Source of the DNA: Paraphysomonas bandaiensis
Lineage: Eukaryota; Protista; Chrysophyceae
Assembly: GCA_965644295.1 (NCBI GenBank)
Contig: CBFFRP010000402.1
Location: forward strand, 1 to 45,389
Reading direction: 5' to 3'
DNA: 45,389 nt
This document shows positions 11,176-23,747 of this stretch, piece after piece (the stretch's first letter is position 1; each line of letters begins with the position of its first letter). A program made the translations under genes and the position numbers. The notes under the pieces are model-generated. The model was given only the letters and a program-made list of their open reading frames with translations, was not told where the DNA came from and ran no database searches.

Positions 11176-13180
11176 ATGTCAAATTATGCTCCTGTGTACG
11201 ACCCCCTTAACACAGACCCTCCGAATGATGCGGACAGAGAGATCGACAAGACTCTGTTCGAGTTTATGGGCAAGAACATAAAGCTAGAGACAGATGAGGA
11301 GATGGAGAGACGTAACTATGCCCTTGCTGAGGTCAAGCGAATATTCCGGGAGTGGGTGCGATATGTGGCGGTAGAAGTGGTGCATCTACCGGCGGAAGAG
11401 GCAGTTGACGTGGGAGGGAAGCTCTATGTGTCGGGGTCTCATAGGCTGGGCATTCGTGAACCTGGGGTTGATATTGACGTTGTCTGCGTGGCGCCGAGGT
11501 TTTGTTCACGAGAACATTTTTTTACCTCCCTAAAGGATAGGCTATTGGCCCATCCTGAGGTAAGTTTACTGCAACAATCATTTCTGTAGTTTGATAAGCA
11601 CTGCTGATAGGTCTCGAAATTAAATGCCGTGGAGAGCGCATTTGTTCCGCTTATATCTTTCCACTTCGGGAGTATAGATTTCGATTTATTGTTTGCGAGG
11701 TAAATGATTTCTTTTGCATGACTCATGTGCTGAACGCAAAGTTGTTAGACTGACTGAAAACTCAGTACCGGAGGATGTTGATATATTTGACGACCGCATT
11801 CTGCGCAATGTCGATCAGGCAACAGAAAAGTCATTGAACGGTCCACGTGTGACCGATTTGGTTTACGACCTTGTTCCGGAGTACCACAAAGCAAACGGCG
11901 ACATGAATTCGAACTTTTTGCGTGTCTTACGATGTGTTAGGCGGTGGGCGAAAGTCCGAGGTCTCTACGGCAACAAGCTCGGTTACCTGGGTGGTGTTAA
12001 TTTCAACATCTTAGTGGCCTTCGTGTGTCAGCTGTATCCCAATGCTAGTCCATCTTCACTTCTTGCTAGATTTTTCCGAGTCTTGCATACTTGGAATTGG
12101 CCAGACCCCATACTGCTGACTCAGATTCGTCCTAACCCTCCTGGAGAGAAACTGGAAGTTTGGTCGCGTGAGATGTACCCCTTTCATTTGATGCCTATTA
12201 TCACTCCGGCGTACCCTTCATTTAATTCATCTCTCAGTGTCACAGAGCGCACCCGGGCAGTAATGTGTGCGGAGATAAAAAAGGCGTATGATATTGTCAC
12301 AAAGATTATCCGCGAGAAAGGAGAAGGATGGGGACGCCTTTTCCAACCGTCGGAGTTTTTTGTCAAGTACAAGTACTACCTTCAATGTCATATTATTGCT
12401 GTGGGAGACGATGAAAAATCCGAATCATGGACTGGCTTCGTGGAATCTCGTTTAGGCCGATTGCCCGACTATTTGCAGAAACTACCGTTTGAACCGATAC
12501 ACTTATACCCCGTTAAGCATGTGACTCAGAAATCTGCCAAATCGTGCTCCTATTTTATCGGGTTTAACCTCGACCACACGCGAATACGAGATGATAAAAC
12601 AATTAATATAGAGATGGTTATGAATGAGTTTCGTTCTCAAGAACTTTCACGATTCAATCCAGGGCCTGGTTTAGAGTTTGAATACGAACACTTGCCATGG
12701 AAAAAACTTCCCGAAGAGGTGTTTACCGCAATTGGTGGACGGGCGTGTGCGAAGATGATGCGAAATCTTAATGAGACCTCGGGCGCAATTGTTCCCGCGT
12801 CGAGCAAGAAACGAAATGCAGATGAAATGTCATCCACACCTTCAAAAGGTACCACAGTTGTAGGTACAACCCCTGGTGCAACCCCTAGCCAAGAGCCTGG
12901 TGTGAAATCCGAATCTCACCCAAGCACTGCCCCACCACCGTCCACCGCACTTGCTGCACCCGCGACTGGAGAGAAGGAGGGAACAGAGCGAAAGAGCATC
13001 AGGAAAAGAAAGCTAGCCTCAACAGAAGGAATTACATCTCTCGGGCGCAGTTGGGCTCATAGTAGTACTGCTGACATAGACAAGGTCAAGTCAACTAATA
13101 AAATATTACCACCGTCCACAGAAAAAATAACACCTCACTTTATACCACAAGTGACATGGAAATTGAATGATGTGAGGTGA
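11176..13180 (+). CDS. PAP: Canonical nuclear poly(A) polymerase, 3 exons
   Basis: GSHRLG...DIDVVCVAP nucleotidyltransferase motif; SLNGPRVTD; WAKVRGLYGNKLGYLGGVNF; MPIITPAYPS; GFVESRL. Introns ~11560-11610 and ~11699-11748. Confidence 0.95.
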
Positions 13181-15293
13181 TAAACATTAGTTATGGTTTT
13201 TAATGACAGTTATAACGGATAAGAATAAATATGCATGATAAAATAGTTTCATTTTCGTGTTATCGTGGTGTTGAGCCCTACTAGATTGATTAGCCCTAGA
13301 TTTTTGCTGTATTGGCATGAATATCTAGATACTTACTCGAATATGATGTTCAGTCGTTCAGTGGGGTTGATATGGCTGGGTGTAAAGTAAAATATAATGA
13401 AGGTTGTAGAAGCAGAGAGATATTAAGAAAACTGATTTGTTTTGTCTAACTCCCCATCACTGTTGCTTTGCATTCATTCCTTAATAAAGATGTTTAATGA
13501 CAAGGAACTTTATTTTAAAGTCTCTTTAGTATTAACCTACTCTTCTTTTTCATAAATGGCATATTGAGAAGAGGCTTTGGCCTTTTCACTCTCACTTGTT
13601 GTCCCTTCTTGACTACGTTGTTTTCAGTGAGTATAACATAATGGGCCATGAATATTGTAGAGTTGTAAGAAAAGTAAAATTGAGTGGTAAAAAAGTGATT
13701 ATGAATACCTCAATCACTATTTCTATGAATTCACTAGTTCTTTAAAACTTGTTCATAGTCTGTAGTCACTCGTAGTTGTTTAGGATAACATTTCTTCTTA
13801 TATCAGTGGCTTTTATGCAGTTGCTACTCTCACACAACTAAAACCCTTTCTAATGATGATAAAGTGTTTCTAGTTTCAAGATGCATAGATTTCATTCTCA
13901 GTAGAATTTGAAGTTAGCCGCAGGTCCGGCTATCATATCGCTCTCTTCCGTTAAGTGAGCCAAAGACTGCTAGCAATTTCATGTGCTGTTGCTAGCAATG
14001 CACTGAGCGGTACTTAAAACTCAACATGAGGACAGATGAGTAGATGCACTCCTTCTGGCTCCTACAGGTGCCACCAGAGTGAACCGACGTCGCCTCATAT
14101 CTCCAACGCACGTATGCATGTCTGAAGTCGTATCTAAATAGAGTTCCAGCCTAGATATGGAGATCTCGTGCTGTATGATAAGACTACAGTGTTGTATGTG
14201 CCTGTATCTCTATGTAGAGCGTTCTGAAGTATTCTTGGTCCAGAAATGAAATCCCAAAAATCACTGCAAAAAAAGGCTTTTTGGAGGTTTCATTTCGGTG
14301 TCTGTTGTACTACCGTCAGTAATACTGTACTACACGAGATGATGTTCTTGCTATATATGATGCATATCTGGATACAGTATCCATCCGGATAGTATGAAGG
14401 AGAGAGTTCAGATGCAGGTTCATTACGCTGTTCTTATCAATATATATTTAGGTAAACTAGTTCCCATATATGCCTTGTGTATCTTTGTCATCAGTAGTTG
14501 TCTCGGTTTAAGGTCATCACATACCGCAGAGTGACTTGTGTTATTGTTTTGGATTGAGAGTAGTGCTCGTAGGGTGTAATGCGCATGTAGCCAACACTGG
14601 CCAACGGTGGTGCCCCATCCAGAGCTAGACTTCCAGCGACTTGATAGCTAATGTGGAATAACAATATCATACATAGCCTTCATATATAAAACTTATATGT
14701 ATATATTACATCACCTCGTATAGTAAATTGAAGGGTGGGCGTAGCCGCTGCAAGGCTACTACTGCAGAGATGAAGGCCCAGGAACTGGTCTATATGCGGT
14801 GTCCTAATGAGTTAACACAAGTAATTGCATGTTATTGCTTTTTACCTGTGGCGTTGTGTTTCTAAGCCTCTCTAGGCTACATTGGCATTTATTTTCTTGA
14901 CATCATTTTTAACTTCCAGAAACACATTACTGGCCTTTGGAATAAGAATTATCAATCAGGTGAAAATGTTAAACCTTCAAATTTTGAGCGTTTGTTTGTT
15001 TATGTTGTTTCCAACAGGAACTGCAGCGCTGCACGAACTTTTGATGATATATCCCTTGCATGATGTGTGATATATTATGTATAATGTTTGATATATATGT
15101 GCTGCTTTGACGTATGTTTTGCATTTGTATCCATGATTTGCTGGTTAGTTTTCACCGACCGCAATTACAGTACATTTATAAATTCACTATTATATTTTGT
15201 GCTGATATAATAATTATTATCATATTACTTAATAAAACTAGAAACGGTTCAACAATGAAAAAATAGTTGGTATATATTAGTACGGTATAGTGG

Positions 15294-16300
15294 CTAGATG
15301 TTATTTTCAATAACAGCTGCTTCAAGCATTTGCAAATGAGATATCATCACATCTACTAAATCATCGTAATCATCTGCTGCATCACTCGTAGTAAACTTAC
15401 TTGTATTCTTTATCTCTTAGCGTTTAATGAAAGATACACTTTGTATTGTTAAAAGGTAATGCTTGATTATTATGAAGAATAAGGCCTAATAGTATAATAG
15501 CAAGAAATGGGGTTCTTGAAATGAACACCAAGATTCGCATTGATTGAAATTTTGCTTATGTCGAAGAGGTTGTTTAGGAGTGTTACCTTGACATGAACCT
15601 CTGGCAGCAGAACACTGAGGGACATATTGGCCTGGACCCTACTATTTGCTTTGCATTGTCGATCAGCGTAGGAAAACATCTGCTCCGCTGATGTGCCAGT
15701 CAATGAACTTGCCGAATAACCAAACTCAATTGCTTCCATAAGACATGGAAAGTGTTGACATTACAGAGACTAGAAGCTCTGAATATTGTCTCCCACCAAA
15801 CCAGTGAGTATTGGCGTGCAATTCTGCCAGAAATAATCCACGGCACAGATCCTGCAACTCATTCAAATGTTTATCGGAGTTAAATCCTAATGACAACATG
15901 TTTTCCCTGAAGTCTATAGGATTTTCCACAAAGGTCTTTATCAATGCGTCCCTGAACTGTAAATAAGTCATGTCTCCGAAAGAAACGGCATCAGGACGAG
16001 GATTTGTGGGTACTGGTGTAACTGTTTTGGCTCCGAGCAAGGGATATTCTCATGAGACTTGAAAATGGCAGTGAGAAAAGAAAAAATCTCATTAAACGCA
16101 CAAAACTGTTTTCCATTATCGGAAAACGTAAGCAATTGTATACTATTAAGTTCAGAAAAGTCCATTAGACACTCTGAGATAGCAAGCAAAGCAGGCCATC
16201 TTCAACCTCTTCCATATTGAAGCAAAGAGCTCTTTGGCGATAATCCTTTGACACAGTGCAAGAAGAATGATACAGGAAGATGATCTAAAAAGATGGGGTG
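15294..16300 (-). pseudogene. Frameshifted ORF remnant, possibly a decayed hAT-like transposase
   Basis: Three overlapping ORFs in successive frames (15968-16189, 15726-16040, 15470-15739). SSLTGTSAEQMFSYA resembles the hAT dimerisation motif (TS..ER.FS). A further piece ends ...LEAAVIENNI* at ~15294. Confidence 0.4.
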
Positions 16301-17310
16301 ATATATATTATAAATTAGAGTCATGAATGGCCGAATGGAAAGATGTGACAAAGGCAACCTTTTGAGCCCATTTTGTCATTCTTTTCGGACAACTTCCGAC
16401 AGAGAAAAAAACATTCAAATGCTATGAAAATCAACGCACTCGCGATATATCGCGATCTCACTTCTGGACCAACAAGTTCTGAAAGAATGAGTTTGATCCA
16501 TTTTTTTGTTCATATGCTCTGCTGCAACTTTTTTTGGGAGAACTTTTCGTATGTATGTGTATGTATGTATACCACTCGCTCCGTTTTCCGGTGCCGCTGT
16601 TTTTTGAGGTGCCATTCTTTGGTGTGTTTTTTATCATCAGAATTGCAATCGGATCTTCATATAGATATACATGTATGTATATTCCTTTAAAATCATCATA
16701 TTTGTACACTCCTGTCATAATAAATACACCAATACATAAGAATGGATAGTTCCTGTGGTTAGTCACATCAACACTGATATCTGGTTGAAATATCAGATGA
16801 TGGGGAGTGAGAGGGATGTATTCCTGGTCCTCTGAACCTGGTGATGTACTCAGCGTTGTTGCCGCTTCCTGTAAGCTCATTGTTTGTATTTTTAGGGGAG
16901 ATAATCATTCAGCTGCTATGTAGACAATAGGGAGTCTTCCATGCGCAGACCTCACTTCATTATTAGTCTCATTTGTAGTGTATTTGCGGATATATATCGG
17001 ATCTATGCGATATATGGCTTCATTGTGTTTGTGTCATCTGCATTGAAGTGTAGGTATTTGAGTGGAAGAGTATATAAGTGTGTTATATTGTCTCTTGTTG
17101 CATTCTGCTGCTTGTTTACATGATTATAGATGCTAGTGCTACACATAACCTCGTTATTATTACGTATTCTCGTTACAATATTTTAAGACTGTGTTTTCAC
17201 GAATATTGAAGTCGTCATCTTATGGCATATCAGCATAGATTACCTATTCACCAGCTATACATGTATGTACTCAGTGTGTTCATGTTCATGCAACAGTTCA
17301 AGATCTAGAT

Positions 17311-18157
17311 ATGTGGTATATGTTCTGTGTCTTCGCTCTGTGTGCTTCATACAACATATATAGACCATGTATGTGGCATATGTTCTCTGTATGTGCTTCA
17401 TACAACACATTGAGACCATATATGTGGTATATGATCTGTATGTTCGCTGTGCTGTGCTGTAAGTACACAGCACACAGAGACTGTGTATGTGAAATGTGCT
17501 CTGTATATTCACTCTGCGTGCTTCATACAACACGCAAGAACTATATATGTGGTATATGATCTGTATGTTCGCTGTGCTGTGCTGTAAGTACACAGCACAC
17601 AGAGACTATCTGTATATTCACTCTGCGTGCTTCATACAACACGCAAGAACTATATATGTGGAATATGATGTGAATATATTACTCTGTGCTCTTCATGCAA
17701 CATACAGGGACTATGTATGTGTTATATGGTGCGTAGTATCACACTTTGCCCCTCATACAACACGCAAAGACTATATATGTGGTATATGGTATATGCGTTC
17801 ACTCTGTGCGCACCATGCGACACGCAGGGACTATATAAGTATTGTATGATGTATGTATTATGTATTCACTATGTGCTCTTCATGCAATACACAAGGGCTA
17901 TTTGAGTGCTATATGATGTGTATTTTTGCACTCTGTGCTACATATAACACAGAGAGACTATTGAAGTGTTTTTTTAGTGATCTGTATGTTTACTATGTGC
18001 TCTTCGTACAGTACACAAGCACTCAATGTATGGTATATGACGTGTAGTTTCGCTCTCTATGCTTCGTATAGTAGCCGGGGATTATATCAGTGTTATATGA
18101 TGTATGTGTTTACTCTCTATGCTTCGTATATCGTGTATAGTATATAGCACATAGGGA
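17311..18157 (+). repeat. Degenerate ~60-bp tandem array (about 14 units) in the left arm
   Basis: Recurring ATGTGGTATATG...CTCTG(T/C)GTGCTTCATACAACAC...GACTATAT units. Confidence 0.85.
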
Positions 18158-18677
18158 CTATGTAGGTAGTAGGCGCAGCACTTTGCAGTTGTATATAGCA
18201 CTGGGTTTATATGTTTACTCTGTAAACTCCGTCGAGTAGAATTTTAATAACAGTGGAAAATGACATTAAATTGTCATATTTTATTGTGTAGTATTAGTAC
18301 TTAGAGTGCTACTGCCAACTGTACACGATGGGATAGGAAGCCAGATTAGTACAATAGTAAAGTACTTATGTAAATAGTAAACCCTTAAAGCAAAAAATAC
18401 GTTATCTATTAAAAACTAAAAACAAGCGTGCACTGTGGATTACAGTGTTCAAATTAAAAAATCAGCAACATCAAACTTAACCATACGCTATGCTAGCTAC
18501 AACCATATGCTACGCTACTTCCATCGCCCCATTGTCATCAAGTGTTCTTAGGGCCTCGATTGCTTTATCAAGTCTGTACTGACGCTTCTCGGCGATGGAC
18601 ATTCCTCGTAACAATACTTTTTCTTCGTCTCTCTTTTCTTTGGCCTCAGCCTTGGCTGTCAGCCTATCCAAGCTATA

Positions 18678-19524
18678 TCCCTATGTACTATATACTATAC
18701 ACGATATACGAAGCATAGAGAGTAAACACATACATCATATAACACTGATATAATCCCCGGCTACTATACGAAGCATAGAGAGCGAAACTACACGTCATAT
18801 ACCATACATTGAGTGCTTGTGTACTGTACGAAGAGCACATAGTAAACATACAGATCACTAAAAAAACACTTCAATAGTCTCTCTGTGTTATATGTAGCAC
18901 AGAGTGCAAAAATACACATCATATAGCACTCAAATAGCCCTTGTGTATTGCATGAAGAGCACATAGTGAATACATAATACATACATCATACAATACTTAT
19001 ATAGTCCCTGCGTGTCGCATGGTGCGCACAGAGTGAACGCATATACCATATACCACATATATAGTCTTTGCGTGTTGTATGAGGGGCAAAGTGTGATACT
19101 ACGCACCATATAACACATACATAGTCCCTGTATGTTGCATGAAGAGCACAGAGTAATATATTCACATCATATTCCACATATATAGTTCTTGCGTGTTGTA
19201 TGAAGCACGCAGAGTGAATATACAGATAGTCTCTGTGTGCTGTGTACTTACAGCACAGCACAGCGAACATACAGATCATATACCACATATATAGTTCTTG
19301 CGTGTTGTATGAAGCACGCAGAGTGAATATACAGAGCACATTTCACATACACAGTCTCTGTGTGCTGTGTACTTACAGCACAGCACAGCGAACATACAGA
19401 TCATATACCACATATATGGTCTCAATGTGTTGTATGAAGCACATACAGAGAACATATGCCACATACATGGTCTATATATGTTGTATGAAGCACACAGAGC
19501 GAAGACACAGAACATATACCACAT
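18678..19524 (-). repeat. Mirror copy of the ~60-bp tandem array in the right arm
   Basis: Reverse complement of 17311-18157. Confidence 0.85.
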
Positions 19525-20473
19525 ATCTAGATCTTGAACTGTTGCATGAACATGAACACACTGAGTACATACATGTATAGCTGGTGAATAGGTAATCTAT
19601 GCTGATATGCCATAAGATGACGACTTCAATATTCGTGAAAACACAGTCTTAAAATATTGTAACGAGAATACGTAATAATAACGAGGTTATGTGTAGCACT
19701 AGCATCTATAATCATGTAAACAAGCAGCAGAATGCAACAAGAGACAATATAACACACTTATATACTCTTCCACTCAAATACCTACACTTCAATGCAGATG
19801 ACACAAACACAATGAAGCCATATATCGCATAGATCCGATATATATCCGCAAATACACTACAAATGAGACTAATAATGAAGTGAGGTCTGCGCATGGAAGA
19901 CTCCCTATTGTCTACATAGCAGCTGAATGATTATCTCCCCTAAAAATACAAACAATGAGCTTACAGGAAGCGGCAACAACGCTGAGTACATCACCAGGTT
20001 CAGAGGACCAGGAATACATCCCTCTCACTCCCCATCATCTGATATTTCAACCAGATATCAGTGTTGATGTGACTAACCACAGGAACTATCCATTCTTATG
20101 TATTGGTGTATTTATTATGACAGGAGTGTACAAATATGATGATTTTAAAGGAATATACATACATGTATATCTATATGAAGATCCGATTGCAATTCTGATG
20201 ATAAAAAACACACCAAAGAATGGCACCTCAAAAAACAGCGGCACCGGAAAACGGAGCGAGTGGTATATGTATGTACGTATGTATCGTATAGATGTCTGTG
20301 TCTGTGTTGTATGTGGGTGGGTCTTGTGGTTTCTCTCAATGCACAGGCTCATACATAAATAGCCACCAGAAGCCACAAGACTATACAGTAATATCTCCAC
20401 TCTGTTGGTTGGTTGTTGTGAGTGTTTCATTATCGTGATAGTGACATATGTTTGTAGATATAAGCATATCATA

Positions 20474-23400
20474 ATGAGAGGTCAGAGGTATGATAATTAC
20501 AGTAGCAGAGGTCGATACAACGACACAGGAGGGGGATGGGACAGGCATCGGGATTATGATAGAGATCATAGCAGAGGAGGGAGGAGAGCGCGTAGTAGGA
20601 GCCGCGAGAGGGACCGGCATAGAGAGAGAGATGACGATAGGAGGCAGAGGCGGGATAGAGACCGACACGATACACAGGGACAGGGATATGGTGGGTGAAT
20701 ATTAGTGATGGATTCACGGGAGACACATTGTACTACATGTCTTTATCAATATTGAGAGTCCTGGTCTACTGCCACAGGCGAGTCCGGTTACGAGTACAAC
20801 CAACACCATCATCCGAGGAGCGAGCCGAGCAGCACGGTGATGATAAAAGGCCTTCCTGCGCATACGACAGAGCCTTCTGTAAGTAGAATCAGACTAGTCA
20901 TAATTATGTGTAATGTTTGTTTAGCTGTATGCTGTCCTGGCTCCCTACGCTCCTCAGAATATCCGCTTGATTCTACAGAGGGTATTGTCTTGCTTCTATG
21001 CTGAGCAAGTGTTGATCTGTATGTAACCAGGACACTGGGGAGTGCAAGGGCTTCGCCTTCATAGAGTTTTACTCCCTGGAATACGCACAGTATTTTATGG
21101 GGATGTATGGTAGGTATTTTTATAACTTGACTGCTTTCTGTCATTTGTTTTGCAGCTGGATCTGCAGGCGACATGAATGCACCGCAGCTTATTGTAGAAA
21201 ATCGTGCTGTCACCCTGGAGTACGCGCGCGATATCCGTGGTGGCTCTGGGGGGGGAGACACAGATGGGCAGACAGGTGCCCCGCGACGAGAGGGTGGTCC
21301 CAAGAGTGATTGGCTGTGTGATGCGGTACCCACTTCTTGTGTGCAAGTGCAATTCGTGTTACCTCTAATGGCGGAGCTATGTAGTGCGGATGTCAAAACT
21401 TTGCGAAGCGGATGCAGTGCTATCGGTGTTCAGCACCAAAGTCAGCTAATGCTGTGGCGGTTACGGCAAATCTTACTTCCGACCCGTACGCAGATGTGGT
21501 GAGTCTACTCTACCTGTACTTATATATATATACTTTAAGGCGTGGTAGTATCTGTTGATCATGTTTTCTGCACTTTCCGATTTATATTGAAGCGAGTTCG
21601 TGTATGCTGGGATTTGTATACAGGCGATTGTTAGTGCTACTCCCTCTTCGACTCTGGCGGTGAGAGGTATTCCTCTCTACTCTACCGAAGAACAGGTACG
21701 ATCTACTTCCGCTTGTATGCGGTTGCTATGTGGTATCTTAGACTATTATATTTAATAGGTGGCCGAGACTTTTCGTCAGTTCGCCCCTGTGAAGAATGTC
21801 TTCCTAGTTCGAGATTTAGCCAGTCGTATGTCTCGTGGAATAGCGTTTGTCGAATATCATTCTACTGACTATGCAACACATGCTCTGAACAATTCCCAGC
21901 ACTTGCAGATGGACCGAACTACCCTTAAAGTGAACTATGCGAAGGAGGCCTTTATACAAAGTATCCCCGCTCATCAGCAGCAGCAAAGAATGATGATGAT
22001 GGTACAGCAGGTAACGTCATTGTTAGTATACGTTACTACTGGAAGTTTGTATAGCTGCAGTGTTTTCTTCCTATATCGTGTATAATCGTGTATCTCAGTC
22101 TCAGTACCCGGGTGCGGGTGTCGGTAACACAATGCAGCAGTACCAAACTCCTGCTGCCCGATCCGACACCAGTATGTACGCTGCTGCTGCTCTCCAAGCT
22201 GCACAGTGGTCATCCTCCAGCGCTTCTGCATCAACTAGTGTCGCCCCGCAGTCTGGCGTATCAACTGATGTCTCTACCACTGCGTACACCCCCCGGGTGA
22301 AGTCTCATTGGCCACTGAACTTCGAATCTAATGGTGCAGCTTACGTTTTCCAGCCGCAAACCGGCGTGTTCTACGACTCTATACAGAAGTACTACTATTG
22401 CCCAAAGTCCAAGTTATATTACAGTGAAACTGACGGAAAGTATCTTCGCGCAGCGGCTGCTGGGTCTGATCCCCCATACGTAGAGTTCGACCCGCCCGCT
22501 CCATCTCATCAGCCGTCTGAAGAGACGTCCACGATGATGGTAGGAGTTCATTTCCACACTGCGTATTCTTGACGTTGCAATATAGTCTGCAATTAAATTA
22601 GACTCAATTTTTGGTAATTTCAGGGTAGCAGCACGGCATCAGCTGGCGATGGTCTTGACAAAAGTGCTGCCCGGAAACCAGTCAAGATGGCTATTAGCTT
22701 TGGTGCCTTAGGAAAGTCTAAGGCTGTAAAGGGGTCAGATAAGAAGGCGGATTCCGTCGTCGCAGATGCCGCAGTGGTCATGACATCATCTAAGAAGGTT
22801 TCGGAAAATATTGCGAAGTGGGGAGAGCGGAAGTCAGAACTGGAGGCAGAAGAGATCTTGGAGCAGCCAACTCGATCCAAGAAGAAGTCTCAAGAAGTTC
22901 AGATTTTGAATGTCGATACCACTACAGAGGAGTCAGGGAGTGCATTTCGCTCCGCCGGCAGTAGTGGTACAACTGCCCCTGGAATGGAGAAGCAGTCTGG
23001 TGGGACCCCTGCAAAGGCGAAGAGTGGGAATGTGTGTCTTTTATGTCGCAGACAGTTCAAATCTGCAGAGCAACTGCAAAGACACGAGAAAGAGAGTAAA
23101 CTTCATGCCGAAAACGTGGCAAAGGCAAAGGCATCTTCTGGTGCTAGTTCGGTGTCTTCTGGTGGTGGGTACCGAGACCGTGCCTCTGAACGCAGGGCAA
23201 TTTACGGTCAAAGTGCGACGCCAGATGATCTCTACGACTCATACGATAGTGGAAGAGGATCAGGGGGGCGTAGGAGACGCTCGAGGAGTGAAGATCAGAC
23301 CCCGGAGGTAGCTCATAGCACATTTGAGGAAACTGCGCCGCCTGTCGCTTTGACGACGGATGTTTCCAATCCTGGCAATCAGATGCTGCGTAAACTCGGG

Positions 23401-23631
23401 TGGAGCGACGGTCAAGGGCTTGGAAAGGATGGGTCAGGCATGGTGGAATCCATAGCAGTTCAAGGATCGGCTGGACGTACGGACCAGTCGAAAGTTGGTA
23501 TTGGGTCGGACACTGGAGCCATACCGGCTCTGGAGTACGGTGAAGCTGGGGTGTATAAGAATAGCCTCTTGCGTGCGGCAAGGGCTAGATACGACCAAGT
23601 TAGTGGAACGAATAGTAGTAAGGACGCGTAG
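20474..23631 (+). CDS. RBM5/RBM10/SUA-like splicing factor (RRM, RanBP2 ZnF, RRM, OCRE, C2H2 ZnF, G-patch), multi-exon
   Basis: RS/RD-rich N-terminus; PSSTVMIKGLP; SDWLCDA|CGCQNFAKRMQCYRC; SRGIAFVEY; YVFQPQTGVFYDSIQKYYY; CLLCRRQFKSAEQLQRHEKESKLH; YRDRASERR; NPGNQMLRKLGWSDGQGLGK; RARY. Confidence 0.93.
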
Positions 23632-23747
23632 TGATCTAGCTTAGAAAATAGTACATACCATGAATACATAACTAAACTCAATGTATAATGCGTGTTCGAT
23701 CTCTACCATTTCCGCTACGTAGTACCGTATTTCATTTGGATTAATAT

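Larger units (their letters stand above)
16572..20263. mobile_element. Foldback-like non-autonomous DNA transposon with ~1.59-kb terminal inverted repeats and a TA target site
   Basis: 16568-18157 is the reverse complement of 18678-20267 (paired coordinates sum to 36835; mirrored identical ORFs in the track). Ends TA-CCACTCGCTCCGTTTTCC...GGAAAACGGAGCGAGTGG-TA inside a (TATG)n tract. 520-bp unique spacer. Confidence 0.85.

Noticed and set aside
13200-14900. Search for tRNA/snoRNA in the long intergenic stretch (ATGATG-like boxes)
   Set aside because: No cloverleaf and no convincing C/D box pair with a terminal stem
17311-18157. Possible CRISPR-like repeat/spacer array
   Set aside because: Units are degenerate along their whole length, with no constant repeat and unique spacer; eukaryotic context and no cas genes
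17255-19580. Many Cys/Tyr/His-rich ORFs in mirrored pairs
   Set aside because: Translation artefacts of the ~60-bp tandem array in the inverted arms
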